Of a stretch of DNA of 39,771 bases, positions 23,734 through 35,469 are shown piece by piece (the stretch's first letter is position 1; every line of letters begins with the position of its first letter). This stretch comes from Octopus sinensis. Its lineage: Eukaryota. The translations under genes and the position numbers were made by a program. The notes below the pieces were generated by a model. It was not told where the DNA came from. It worked only from the letters and a program-made list of their open reading frames with translations, and searched no databases. The DNA is taken from assembly GCF_006345805.1 (NCBI RefSeq), contig NW_021835449.1, positions 1 through 39,771 on the forward strand. The letters are read 5' to 3'.

Positions 23734-23832
23734 AAAATATGTGGAGAACTATAAAAGTGGAAGATAAATGCCTTCGTTTCATTAGTTTAATATCTTTTTA
23801 TAAATATATACATATTATATGGATGTCGTGAA

Positions 23833-24271
23833 ATCCAACCGGTTTTCGCTATTTAAATTACCTTTTCAAGGGACATTGTACAGTAATCAGTTCTCGTGAC
23901 AGAGAGATCTCTTCATTTTGGTTGTTTGAAGAATAAGTAGAATGAGTCTAGAGAGTGAACCAAAGGAAGTAACAGGTAGTAAGGGGAACAACTAGCTCCT
24001 TAGTATAATTTTTAAAAAATGGTCAAATTTGTATATTGAGGTGTGGTCTGTACTTTTGTATGAACAGGTTTTCCTTGTTTAGGCGTTCTTGTACTGAGAT
24101 TGAATCTTTGCATTGGTATGATGGGAAGATATGAAAATTCGGCGTTTTATTACTTGCGCATCTGTCGATATGTTCGCTCAGTGCTATCTGTCTGCATTGA
24201 GGAAAACGAATCTGTTCTTTATGCAGCGTGACACTGCGTCTCAAAGTAAGGCTCGTTTGGCCCACATAATT
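23833..24271 (-). mobile_element. Penelope-like element 3' remnant (GIY-YIG endonuclease end plus 3' UTR)
   Basis: Minus strand reads YVGQTSLTLRRSVTLHKEQIRFPQCRQIALSEHIDRC..FHIFPSYQC..QERLNKENLFIQKYRPHLN, with the YxG, R, H, E and PxLN pattern of GIY-YIG. Confidence 0.75.
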
Positions 24272-24330
24272 GAACCCGGAACCATGTGGTTGGGAAGGAA
24301 GCTTCTTACCACACAGCTACGCCTGCGCCT
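24271..24330 (-). mobile_element. SINE family B head fragment
   Basis: tgaacccggaaccatgtggttgggaaggaagcttcttaccacacagc..cctgcgcct. Confidence 0.8.
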
Positions 24331-24442
24331 GCGGCTATTATTTTTCTCAACCAACAAGTGTTATTCTGTGATCCATTTGTGATGGAAATTGGAGCTTCAA
24401 CATCGCATTAGAATATTTTCATAATGTTGAGTAGAGATACAT

Positions 24443-24550
24443 TGATAGATAGACAGATTGGATAGATAGAAAAGATAGATAAATAGATAGATAGATAGAT
24501 TGATAGACAGACACACAGAAAGACAGAGACAGATAGATTGACAGACAAGC

Positions 24551-24592
<42 letters not shown>

Positions 24593-24863
24593 GAGAGAGA
24601 GAGATTGATAGATAGACAGATAGACTGATAGACAGACAAAGAGACAGACAGATAGATAGATAGAGATAGATAGATAGAAGGATAGATAGATAGACAGACT
24701 GACTGACAGATAAATAGATAGATCGATATATATATATATAGATAGAAAGATAAATAGACAGACAGAAAGACAAAGATTGACAGGCACAGATAGACAAAGA
24801 GAGATAGATAGATTGATAGATAGACAGTTACAGACTTATAGACAGACAGACAGACAGACAGAT

Positions 24864-24900
<37 letters not shown>

Positions 24901-24935
24901 CAGACAGGTAGACAGACAGACAGACAGACAGATAG
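24443..24935 (+). repeat. (GATA)n/(GACA)n array
   Basis: Direct reading; it is (TATC)n on the minus strand and carries no insertion. Confidence 0.95.
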
Positions 24936-25362
24936 TTAAACAGAGAAGTATAGAGAGAACTTCACGGGAAAAAGAGATAAGCTGTGAAAGAGGGAAAAGA
25001 GAGAAGGAGAGGGTAAGAGGGATTGCGAAAGAGAGAGGTAGAGAGAGAGAGAGAGAGAGAGAGAGCGGAAGAGAAAGTGAGAGAGGTAGAAAGGGAGAAA
25101 TAGAAGGGAAAGAGAGTGGGAAGGACGTAAGTCAGAGTTGAAGAAACATTTTGTAAACAAAGGGGTTTGATAAATAGGAACTAGAAGAAAGAAAGGGAAA
25201 CGGAACAAAGGCATGAAGGAGGGAATGCACATTAAGGGATAACATCCAGTAGCTCCCTAAATAAGGGCAGGGATCAACCTGTAATTCCAAGCACGTGTTT
25301 AGTTTTCGAGCTTTATTATTGAACAGCGTCTGACGGGGATAATACTTTTTGTCATTCCTGTA

Positions 25363-25363
<1 letters not shown>

Positions 25364-25393
<30 letters not shown>

Positions 25394-25660
25394 CATCCGT
25401 GTGTGCGTGTATGTGTGTATGTGAGAGTGTGAGAGTGTGTTTGTGAGTGTGTATGTGTGAGTGTGCGTGAGTGCGTGTGTGTGTGTGAGTGTGTATGTGT
25501 ATGTGTGTGCATCCGTGTGTGAGTGTGTGTATGTGTGTGGTGAGTGTTGTGTGAGTGTGTGAGTGTGTATGTGTGCGTTTGTGTGTGTGCGTTTGTATGT
25601 GTGTGGGTGTGTGAGTGTGAGTATCTGAGTGTGTGAGTACGTCTGTGTGCGTGCGTTTGT

Positions 25661-25680
<20 letters not shown>
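25364..25680 (+). repeat. Degenerate (GT)n array
   Basis: Direct reading. Confidence 0.9.
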
Positions 25681-25693
<13 letters not shown>

Positions 25694-26085
25694 GAAATTT
25701 TTAGAAATAACTTCCGTTTGAAGCAAAGACTGGAAGAACAAAAAAAATGAAAGGGAGAGAGAGAGAGAGAGGAGAGAGAGAGACTGAGAGGGGAGAGAGA
25801 AGGGGAGAAAGAAAGTGGGAAAGTGGGAGAGAGAGCGGTGGGGGGGGGGAGAAATCGCATCACATGAGAGGATAGAGAAATAGGAAAGAAAAGGCTGGAA
25901 GTCAAAGACGAAAATATGTGACTTGTCATGTCTGGAAATAGGGTAACGGGGAGATGGGTGACATTTTTACGTATCCCTATTCTATCTCACTTCAAAACCT
26001 ACGTATACACATACATGCACGTACACATACACACACATCTTCATAAATACAGACGTAGATACATTCTTAGATACATACATACATA

Positions 26086-26748
26086 GTGGGGAGCTGATTC
26101 GGAGACTACAGATCCAAGCCATCACTGGAACTGTAAAAATCTGTAAGACTTTCCAGAAGTTTATCATTTAAATATATATGAGCATGTCTAAGTTATTCAA
26201 GTATACGCATGGGAATACATACATTCACACATGCATACATACATGCATACATACATACATACATACATACATACATACATACATACATACATACATACAT
26301 ACATGCATACATATATACATACATGCATACATACATGCATACATACATACATACATGCATATATACATACATACATACATACATACATCCATACATACAT
26401 GCATACATACATGCATACATACATCCATCCATCCATCCATCCATACATACATACATACATGCATACATAATACATACCATACATACATACATGCATACAT
26501 ACATACAATAACTACATACATACGACACAAAATACATCCATACATCATGCATACATACATGCATACATACATGCATACATACATACATACATGCATACAT
26601 ACATACATACATACATACATACATGCATACATACAAATAATAATACGCTGTTGTTGATGTTGAAATTCCAATGAAGGAGCCTTGGATTAAGGTTAGAAAC
26701 CGGTTCTTTCTCTATTGGCAAGAAATCTTGAAATAAAACTGAACAATG
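26086..26748 (+). mobile_element. 5'-truncated R4/Dong-like (RLE) LINE 3' end in an (ACAT)n context
   Basis: 26088-26171 reads GELIRRLQIQAITGTVKICKTFQKFII*, resembling the LQxxAxxGTxxIxK end of R4/Dong ORFs. The putative 3' UTR contains an (ATAC)n array and AATAAA at 26732, then (ACAT)n. The 5' flank is also (ATAC)n. Confidence 0.55.
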
Positions 26749-27072
26749 ACATACATACACACATCCATCCATCCATACATATATACATACATGCACACAC
26801 ATTCATACATAGATACACACATACATACATACATACATACACACATGCACACATACATACATACATACTACATACATACATACACACATATACATACATA
26901 CATCCTGCATCCATACATACATACATACACACCACACATACATACATACATACACATACATACATACAATACATCACATACATACATACATACACATACA
27001 TACACACACATACATACATACATACATACATACATACATACATACATACATACATCATACATACATACATAC
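26749..27072 (+). repeat. (ACAT)n array
   Basis: Direct reading. Confidence 0.95.
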
Positions 27073-27439
27073 CAGCTTTTATATGCAGATTATAAATTCT
27101 CATGAAAACGAGTAATAATTGGCGCATTTGGTTTCGCAAGTGCATTCTTAAATGACAATCAGGATTGCTCTTGCAAATGAATGCTTATGTGATAAATTTG
27201 TGCTAATCTGTCCGGGGCAAAGTTTGGCTGAACTAGGGTTCATGGAGAGAGAACGCAACTCCTTAACTCATAGGCTACAAGTGATGATACGTCCTCTCTT
27301 TTTGATCGATTTTCATGCTAGGGATAACGAAATAACAAGCAATCCTTCTTCAAATCGAACCCTGTCTGTCTGTCTGTCTGTCTGTATGTCTGTATGTCTG
27401 TCCGTCTGTCTGTCTGTCTGTATGTCTGTATGTCTGTCC

Positions 27440-27516
<77 letters not shown>

Positions 27517-27517
27517 C

Positions 27518-27555
<38 letters not shown>

Positions 27556-27557
<2 letters not shown>

Positions 27558-27778
27558 TTCTGTAAGCTTTTCTTTCCACGGATGAACCTAATCTTGTTTC
27601 TTACTTTAAAAAAAAAAAAATTCTTCCCTTTTGATCGCTTTTCCCCGATCCCTTTTGATCAAAATTTTACATTTGTTTCCTTTTTTTCCCCTTTTTTCTT
27701 TTTCCATCTTCGAAAAGAAAAGCTCTACATTTGTATTTGTCCCCTCTGTGTTCAGCCCTGTGTGGCCAATAAAGAAAG
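27556..27778 (+). mobile_element. Second 5'-truncated 3' UTR copy of the TATC-associated Tx1-like family
   Basis: cgaaaagaaaagctctacatttg..cagccctgtgtggccaataaagaaag then ttatct. TATC/TGTC arrays lie on both sides (27361-27555 and 27779-27970). Confidence 0.85.
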
Positions 27779-27833
27779 TTATCTGTCTGTCTGTCTATCT
27801 TTCGTCTGTCTTTCTGTCTGTCATCTGTACTTG

Positions 27834-27884
<51 letters not shown>

Positions 27885-28298
27885 GTCTATCTGTCTGCCT
27901 GCCTGTCTGTCTGTCTGTCTGTCCGCTTAACTGTCTGTCTTTTTATCTATCTATCTATGTCTCTATCTAGTAGATAAACAGATACATATATAATACATAC
28001 ACATGCGCGCGCGTACACAGTGTTTAATTTTAATTAGGTTGTAAGCATGAACAATTTAAACTATTCAAATAATACATTCCATATTCTTTCATACTTACAT
28101 ACACGCATAGATACGTACACACAAACACACACACTCACACACACACATATATATGCATTCCATTTATGTATATGTATATATACATATATATACATATACA
28201 TATATATACATATATATATATACATACACATATCTATCTATCTATCTATCTATATATATATATATATACATATGTATATATATATACAGAACACACAC

Positions 28299-28334
<36 letters not shown>

Positions 28335-28539
28335 TATATATATTATATATATATATATACAGAGAGAGGGAGAAATAGAGAGAGAGAGAGCAGGAAAGAG
28401 AGAGAAGAGGTGAGAGAAGGGGAGAGAGAAAAAGAGTGTGTGTGTGATTGCCAGGGAGACAGAAAGAGAGAGAGGGAGAGAGAGAAAAAAAGAGAGAAAA
28501 AGACAGAGGTGAGAGAGAGTGAGAGAGAGAGAGAGAGGG

Positions 28540-28583
<44 letters not shown>

Positions 28584-28974
28584 TGTGATTGAGATGTAGA
28601 CAGTTTGTGTCATTATTAATCTATTTATTTCCAATTCAAAACGCATTCATAATTACGTTCAGCCATTGTTGTTCCTAGACCACGTGTCGTTCGTTCTTCT
28701 TCAATCCGTCTTGTTTGTATTGTTATATTAGGCGGCTTCACTATTGTAATGTTGTATTCCGAATGAACGTGTGAAATGTGTGGAGAATGTATGAGCAGTT
28801 TGATGAATGATGTATGTATGTGCATCGTGCCGTAAATGACCGATTTTCGTTGCGAGCTCGAGTATTGAGTTGAGATATCCTTTGAGCTGTGTTGCGAATG
28901 CGTAGATTACGTTGCAAACGTGTGATATGTATCGTAAAATAGCGGCATCTGCGTTGTGGACGTCTAGATTCATG

Positions 28975-29155
28975 CACGGAGAGGATGCCGAATGCAGTTT
29001 TGCCAAAGGACAAGAGGACGAAGCCAAGAAGCCGAACTGACACAATACCGAACGGACGTAAAGCCGAAAGGACACAATGCCGAAAGGACACAATGCCGAA
29101 AGGACACAAAGCCGACAGGACATAGAGCCGAACGGACATAGAGCTGGACGGATAC

Positions 29156-29199
<44 letters not shown>

Positions 29200-29206
29200 T
29201 AATAAG

Positions 29207-29279
<73 letters not shown>

Positions 29280-29452
29280 TAATAATAATGCAGTTTTGCC
29301 AAAGGACAAGAAGACGAAGCCGAGAAGCCGAAATGACACAATATCGAACGGACGTAAAGCCGAAAGGACACCATGCTGAAAGGACACACTGCCGAAAGGA
29401 CACAAAGCCGACAGGACATAGAGCCGAACGGATACAATAATAATAATAATAA

Positions 29453-29498
<46 letters not shown>

Positions 29499-29668
29499 GC
29501 AACAACATTCCTACCTACAAAGTTTAATGACCAATCCACCAATTTGGCATTTAAGATTTAACAGGAGTAAATTTTAATTTTCGACTGTCTTTTTGGCATC
29601 TTGTCCGTTCGGCTGCTTTGCTTCGGTTTCTTGTCCTTCGGCAAAGGTGCACTCGGCATTCGTCCGTG
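28975..29668. mobile_element. Foldback/MITE-like element with imperfect ~75-bp terminal inverted repeats and 16-bp internal tandem repeats
   Basis: Left arm cacggagaggatgccgaatgcagttttgccaaaggacaag matches the reverse complement of the right arm, cacggacgaatgccgagtgcacctttgccgaaggacaag. gccgaaaggacacaat-type units at 29031-29158 and 29327-29438. Confidence 0.65.
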
Positions 29669-30342
29669 TACCCATAGATTGTGTTCTGAACGATACTAAT
29701 ATAGGAATAGAACCACAAACAAGCAGCTTTATTGCGAACTCGGGTATTGTATAGAGACTTTTTGGGTTGTGTTGCGAAAGCGTGGATTACGATGCAAACG
29801 CGTTATTTGCATCGCAAAATGGAAATGAGATAATTGTCTTGTTAATATGAGAATCGCCCCCACAAATATGCGATTTTCTTGCGAACACTTGTATTGTGTT
29901 GAGAGTGTTTGCATTGTGTTGCGAGTGCGTGGATCATATTGTCAAAGTGCGAATTTCGGCCGCAATATGTGAATTGCATCGGAAATTGGGTATTCTTGTC
30001 GTGAATACGTGAATAGGTGGATATGTGATGTGAACAGGTGAATTCTGTTGCGAATGGGGTTTCTGGTGCGACCATGCAATAGAGAAAACCGAATTATTAG
30101 GTCCTCTCTTCAGGAGAATTTGCTTTAAATGGTCTTCTACAGTCGTTTGTCTATATTTTCAATGAAAGAACTTTTCCATGGATGAGTATTTATGTATTAG
30201 AATTCTGTAGATGTCTGGTAACGTTTTTACTAACAATTTGTCTTTGGGAGTTTGAGGATGAATTCTATAACCTCTCCTCTTCGTGTGTACTTTATCTTTC
30301 ACGTGTGTTAGTATGTACTCCATCCATTCAGTAACGTGAGAT

Positions 30343-30580
30343 TAAGGCGGCGAGCTAGCTCAATCGTTAGCACGCCGCAGAAAATGCTTAGCGGTATTTC
30401 GTCCGTCTTTATATTCTGAGTTTAAATTCCACCGAGGTCGACTTTGCCTTTCACCCTTTCGGGGTCGATAAAATAAGCAGCAGTTGAGTATTGGGTTCAG
30501 TGTAATCAGCTATCTCTCCCTCTATCTCTTTCTCTCTCTTAAAACAATTCAGGTCTTGTGTCTGTGGTAGAGAAGAATCA
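30343..30580 (+). mobile_element. SINE family A, alternative tail
   Basis: Head, core and a caggtcttgtgtctgtggtagagaagaat tail. Confidence 0.8.
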
Positions 30581-30591
30581 CAACGGTGAAC

Positions 30592-30650
30592 TTAAGGCAG
30601 TGAGCTGGCAGAATCGTTAGTTCAAATTCCGCCGCGATCGGCTTTGACAA
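30592..30650 (+). mobile_element. SINE family A, internally deleted fragment
   Basis: ttaaggcagtgagctggcagaatcgttag joined directly to ttcaaattccgccg. Confidence 0.7.
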
Positions 30651-30703
30651 AAATACCCTGCATTTATTGTTTGACCCTTTTGTTGTCAATATTTCTGTTG
30701 AAA

Positions 30704-30935
30704 TAAGGCAGTGAGCTGGCAGAATCGTTAGCATGCCGGGTGAAATGCTTAGCCTTATTTCCTCTGCCGCTACGTTCTGAGTTCAAATTCCGCTGAGGTC
30801 GACTTAGCCTCTCATCCTTTCGGGGTCGATAAATTAAGTACCAGTTACGCACTGGGGATTGATGTAATCGACTTTATCCCTTTGTCTGTCCTTGTTTGTC
30901 CCCACTATGTTAAACCCCTTGTGGGCAATGAAAAA
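30704..30935 (+). mobile_element. SINE family A, full length
   Basis: Same layout as 4765-4996. Confidence 0.9.
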
Positions 30936-30991
30936 ATGAAAATATAATAAAAAATAATAAATAGGAATCGCTGGCGCGTCGAACAAAACTA

Positions 30992-31066
30992 TATATATCT
31001 TAATCCTTTTCGCTCCAATAATGTAAAAAAAGCAACCGCCAATAATGCAGAAATACATGCAACCAC
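30992..31066 (-). pseudogene. nad1: NUMT: 5' fragment of mitochondrial NADH dehydrogenase subunit 1
   Basis: Minus strand reads VVACISALLAVAFFTLLERKGLSY (AGA=Ser in the invertebrate mitochondrial code). LLAVAFFTLLERK is the conserved first helix of ND1, and the codons are T/A-rich as in mitochondria. Confidence 0.8.
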
Positions 31067-31127
31067 ATAGTGCCCATAGTAAAAAGGGATTATTTCGTGA
31101 TGTAAGACAGCGAACAGACAGAATCCA

Positions 31128-31290
31128 TCTTTATGTTCTGAGTTCAAATGCCGCCGAGGTCGACTTCGCATTTCATACTTTCGGGGTCGATGAAATAAGT
31201 ACCAGTTTAAGAGTCGGAGTCGAAGTAATCGACATGGCCTCTGTCCCAAGATTTCAAGCCTTCTGCCAATAATAAAAAGATTGTTTTCGT
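31128..31290 (+). mobile_element. SINE family A, headless copy
   Basis: gttctgagttcaaatgccgccgaggtcgacttcgcatttcatactttcggggtcgat. Confidence 0.8.
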
Positions 31291-31436
31291 GATGCATTTA
31301 CCGCTATATATTGTCCTTCTCTCAGCCTCTCTGATGACTGCTGGTCATGTTTCCTTTTTGCTCTCCATTTTTTTGTTCTTGATTTGGTCAGAAACCGGAA
31401 GGAGATGATGAAGTGTGTGTTGTTTGTTTGTTCCTT

Positions 31437-31702
31437 CTCGAGCCACGCCTGGCTCGTAAGGTCCGGTTTCCCGGTTTCCTTGGCGTATAGGTTCCCCACC
31501 TGGACGGGACGCCGGTCCATCGCAGGTGAACTGCAAAATGCAGGAGGAAAGAGTGAGAGAAAGTTGTGGCGAAAGAGTCTGCCGGAGCCGCATGGAGCTT
31601 AGGTGTTTCGCTCATAAACACACACATCGCCCGGTCTGAGATTCGAACCCGCGATCCCTCGACCGCGAGTCCGCTGCTCTAACCACTAGGTCATCTGCCT
31701 CC
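31437..31702 (-). mobile_element. SINE family C variant
   Basis: Head and middle match 1545-1724; the 3' part differs. Confidence 0.75.
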
Positions 31703-32127
31703 ACATGTGTGTGCGACTGTTTCACTTTTAATCTGAGTTATTGTTCTTTATGGAAGGAGAACACCCTTGAACAGTTTCTTCATTCGAATATGATGGTAGA
31801 AGCAGTACATACAAACGCACACACATACACACACACACATGTATATATATATGTGTGTGTGTGTGTGTGATGTAGGTCTGTGGATGTGCCACTCTAATGC
31901 TTTAAAGTCGCAAGCATTACGTACATTTACATTTGAAATTTTTGCGTGAACTGGCGTTGAAAGCAGAGTTGGTACAGAAATAATTGTAACTGATCGTTAA
32001 AGATGTGTTGAAGCCTTTCTTCGTCTACTTATTTGGACTACACACACACACACACACGCACACATACACACACACACACACACACCTACACAAACATATA
32101 TATATATTATATATATGTATATTCTTA

Positions 32128-32166
<39 letters not shown>

Positions 32167-32528
32167 TATCTATTTATCTATCTATCTATCAATCTATCTA
32201 TATATCTATGTATATATTGTGTGTGTATGTATATGCATACACTCACACTCACACACACTCACACTCACACACACTCACACTCATACACACTGACGCATAT
32301 ATGCACACACACACACACACAAATAAAAGAGATTTAAAAATTATCACACACTACACAAACGGTGGAAGGGAATAAGCATAGACACAAAGAAACACACACG
32401 CACACATACACACGCACACTCACGCACTTTATAATATACATACATACATACATACATACATGGATACATACATACATACATACATATATATACACACATA
32501 TATTATATATATAAAGATATATTATATA

Positions 32529-32580
<52 letters not shown>

Positions 32581-32782
32581 ACAACATATGTATATTCATG
32601 TATTATAAATTGTATACTCCATTTGTACTTGCGTGATTTTTACCAGTTCTGAAGTAAGCAATGGCTCAATATATTATTTACATGTTTTAACTAAATTTGC
32701 AGTTCCACTCATATAACAGATGGCTCTGTGTGCAATTGGACTGAAGCGTGACAAACCTAAATTCCATGGACTGTTATACAAC

Positions 32783-32865
<83 letters not shown>

Positions 32866-33065
32866 AGATTAAAAAACTACCACACACTACACAATAATTC
32901 TGTCACCCATTGTCTCCACATTACTTCAAACGATGCTAGGACAGGAGTATCGAGTGTAACACAGTAATATATATATAGAATATAGAGCCAGTTCTATAAG
33001 TTACGACGTTTCATATACGAATACGTCCGTGGAAACAATGAGATCGGAGATAGAAAAATAGGGTG

Positions 33066-33693
33066 TACTAGCAGGGGATTTCAGGGGAGAGTTTCAGGGA
33101 GTCGCTGGCGATGTATCGTGATGATCAAAAATCCGGCCTGCTAAAATTTGGTTAAAGTGATTCAAACTGCAGACTCAACGCAAAATGGTCACATTTAATT
33201 CAAAGCGTTAAAAATGTTATGAAAATAATTGGTATGTGTTCACAAAGTCCAAACGACTAATACGAAAAAACCCTCCAGGCTACATCCCGAAAATTCATTT
33301 CCGAATTTCTACAATGTTTACGGCGATTCGTTTTTATATCTTGATATTTTTTATTTATTTTTCATGCAATTTACGCATGCTTGCACGCGTGGTGAACACA
33401 ATTCACGTCAAACAGCTGACTGAGTAAAGTTCACTATTCAATGCATGGGATAAGGCTTAAACAAACACATGATCGATTTTTGCACTTGTGAGATGAATTT
33501 CGGAACAGAAATAGCGCAGTTCAATTTTCATTCGCCTAAACTTTAAGTGACCCATTTTTGGTGGTTCTACGATTTGTTGGCTAGGAGGAGATGTGCCGGG
33601 AAGTTAAACACACAGACACACACACAGATACACACACAGACACACACACAGATACACACACAGACACACAAGTTGAGTTTTATAGATATAGAT
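33066..33693 (+). mobile_element. HINE/DINE-1-like element
   Basis: Starts tactagcag and ends (CACA/GACA)n..gagttttatagatatagat, the same terminal pattern as 20702-21304. Confidence 0.6.
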
Positions 33694-33785
33694 ATGCATA
33701 TTTCAGAAGTTACGGCTTCTGAAACACAGACACACACACATACGTACATACGTACATAAATACATACATATATTTATATATATAC

Positions 33786-34345
33786 AAGGCGGCGAGCTGG
33801 CAGAAATGTTAGCACGTCGGGCGAAATACTCTGCAGTATTTCGACTACCGCTACGTTCTGAGTTCAAATTCAACCGAAGTCAACTTTGCCTTTCATCCTT
33901 TCGGGGTCGATAAATTGCGTACTGTGGTCAATCTAATCGACTGGTCTCTTCCCCCAAAATGTCAGGCCTTGTGCCTAGAGAAGAAAAGAATCGTTAGCAC
34001 GTCGGGCACAATGCGTAGCGGTATTTCTTCCGGTTCTTTACGTTTTGTGTTCAAATTCCGCCGAGGTCGACTTTGCCTTTCATCCTTTCGGGGTCGATGT
34101 AATCGGCTATCTCTCTCCACACAAATTTCAGGCCTTGTACCTATAGTAGACTGGATTAATATATAAACACTATTGGACGGCGAGCTGGCTGTATCGTTAG
34201 CACGCTGGGAAAAACGTCTGGCGGTATTTCGTCCGTCTTCTGAGTTCAAATTCCGCCGAGGTCAATTTTGACTTCCATCCTTTGCAGGGTCGATAAAATA
34301 AGTGCCAGTTGAACCCTGGGGTTGATGTAATCGACTTACTCCCTC
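33786..34345 (+). mobile_element. Three head-to-tail SINE family A copies
   Basis: The core is repeated three times; the second copy lacks the first ~15 nt of its head. Confidence 0.85.
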
Positions 34346-34450
34346 CTCCGAAGTTATTGGCATTTTATTGAAACACGAAACCAATCTATAAACACTAGAC
34401 AGAACAGATTCCGCTCTCTCGCCATCTGACAGCCAACAAAAATAACACAT

Positions 34451-34736
34451 AAGTACCAGTAATGATAAGGCTGTTGACTGGGAGAACACAAACATGGTTT
34501 AAACTAAGCTTGGCAGGAAAGAAACGTGCACGTCCCACGGTTGATCGATCGCACTCTCACCTGGAATCGATTTTTGTAATTTTTTCAAGACTTATAACGC
34601 CCTAATACTGTCGGTATCTACATATCAAATTTGAACGCAATCGGATGGAGGATGCCCGAGATCCTAGAAGACACACACACAGACAGACAGAACAGATTTT
34701 ATATAATAGATATTCACATACGTACAAAGCCTAACA
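34451..34736 (+). repeat. Copy 1 of a ~290-bp direct repeat containing a HINE-like 3' end
   Basis: Nearly identical to 38722-39012. Contains caaatttgaacgcaatcggat..cagacagac..ttttatataatagat. Confidence 0.85.
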
Positions 34737-35469
34737 TTGCACGTATTCTACACCAGTGCTTCTTAAACTGGTGATTGGCTCACACAAGGGTGAATGAAAT
34801 AGTTTTATTGAATGAAACTAAAGGAGTGAATGAAGAGTGAATGAAGCAAGAAAGGTGAATGATTTAATTAAATCAGATATTTATGTTTTCCTATACTTTA
34901 ATACAAAAAAGCTATCATTTCCACTAAAGTGGTTAGCAAGTTGTTACTACTTTTAATAGCAATGGACTTAGATATCTGATACAGTTTATTTCTGTTGTCT
35001 ACTTATGTTTTACTGATTTCAAAGTAGCAGGATATTTCGTAAATCCATAGTAATAAAACCTTTTAGGGGTTGGAGCAAAACCAGCTGCGCTAGAAGGATT
35101 ATAACTTTATAAATGGCATCACTGAACGATCACCATTGGCATCTGTTGAACGGTAACTACCTTGTGTTCCCAATTTAGCTACATTTTTGCTAGAATTAGA
35201 ATTCTATATATATATATATTTACCGTACCTCAATCTGTCAGCGCTTATTAGTATCAACCAGTATAAATTCTAGCTTATATTAAACAGATTTGGGCTTCGT
35301 TTTCAGGTAAAGTTAGACCATGTTATTTTCTAGTAATGATAATATATATATTGTTGTATTTCGGAATGGTCATTTTGCCAGTTTAGCCAATAAAAACACA
35401 CGCACTATATATTTGGTGTTACTTTGCTTCAGTGTTATTTATTTTTTACATTAATCTTAATCTTATTTC

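Noticed and set aside
25279-25357. Possible 79-nt minus-strand exon (NDKKYYPRQTLFNNKARKLNTCLELQ) bounded by AG and GT
   Set aside because: No polypyrimidine tract, unrecognised peptide and no partner exons; it would need RNA-seq support.
26086-26141. Possible 56-nt plus-strand exon (AG..GTAAGA)
   Set aside because: The frame continues through the GT to a stop and matches an R4/Dong-like C-terminus better.
26668-26718. Hammerhead ribozyme suggested by gaaaccggtt
   Set aside because: The upstream core reads AUGAAGG rather than CUGANGA and stem I does not close properly; treated as a 3' UTR stem-loop.
29031-29438. CRISPR-like regular repeats
   Set aside because: The 16-bp units are contiguous with no unique spacers, the context is eukaryotic, and there are no cas genes.
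34753-34771. hAT-like terminal repeat cagtgcttcttaaact
   Set aside because: No matching second terminus, TSD or transposase remnant was found.
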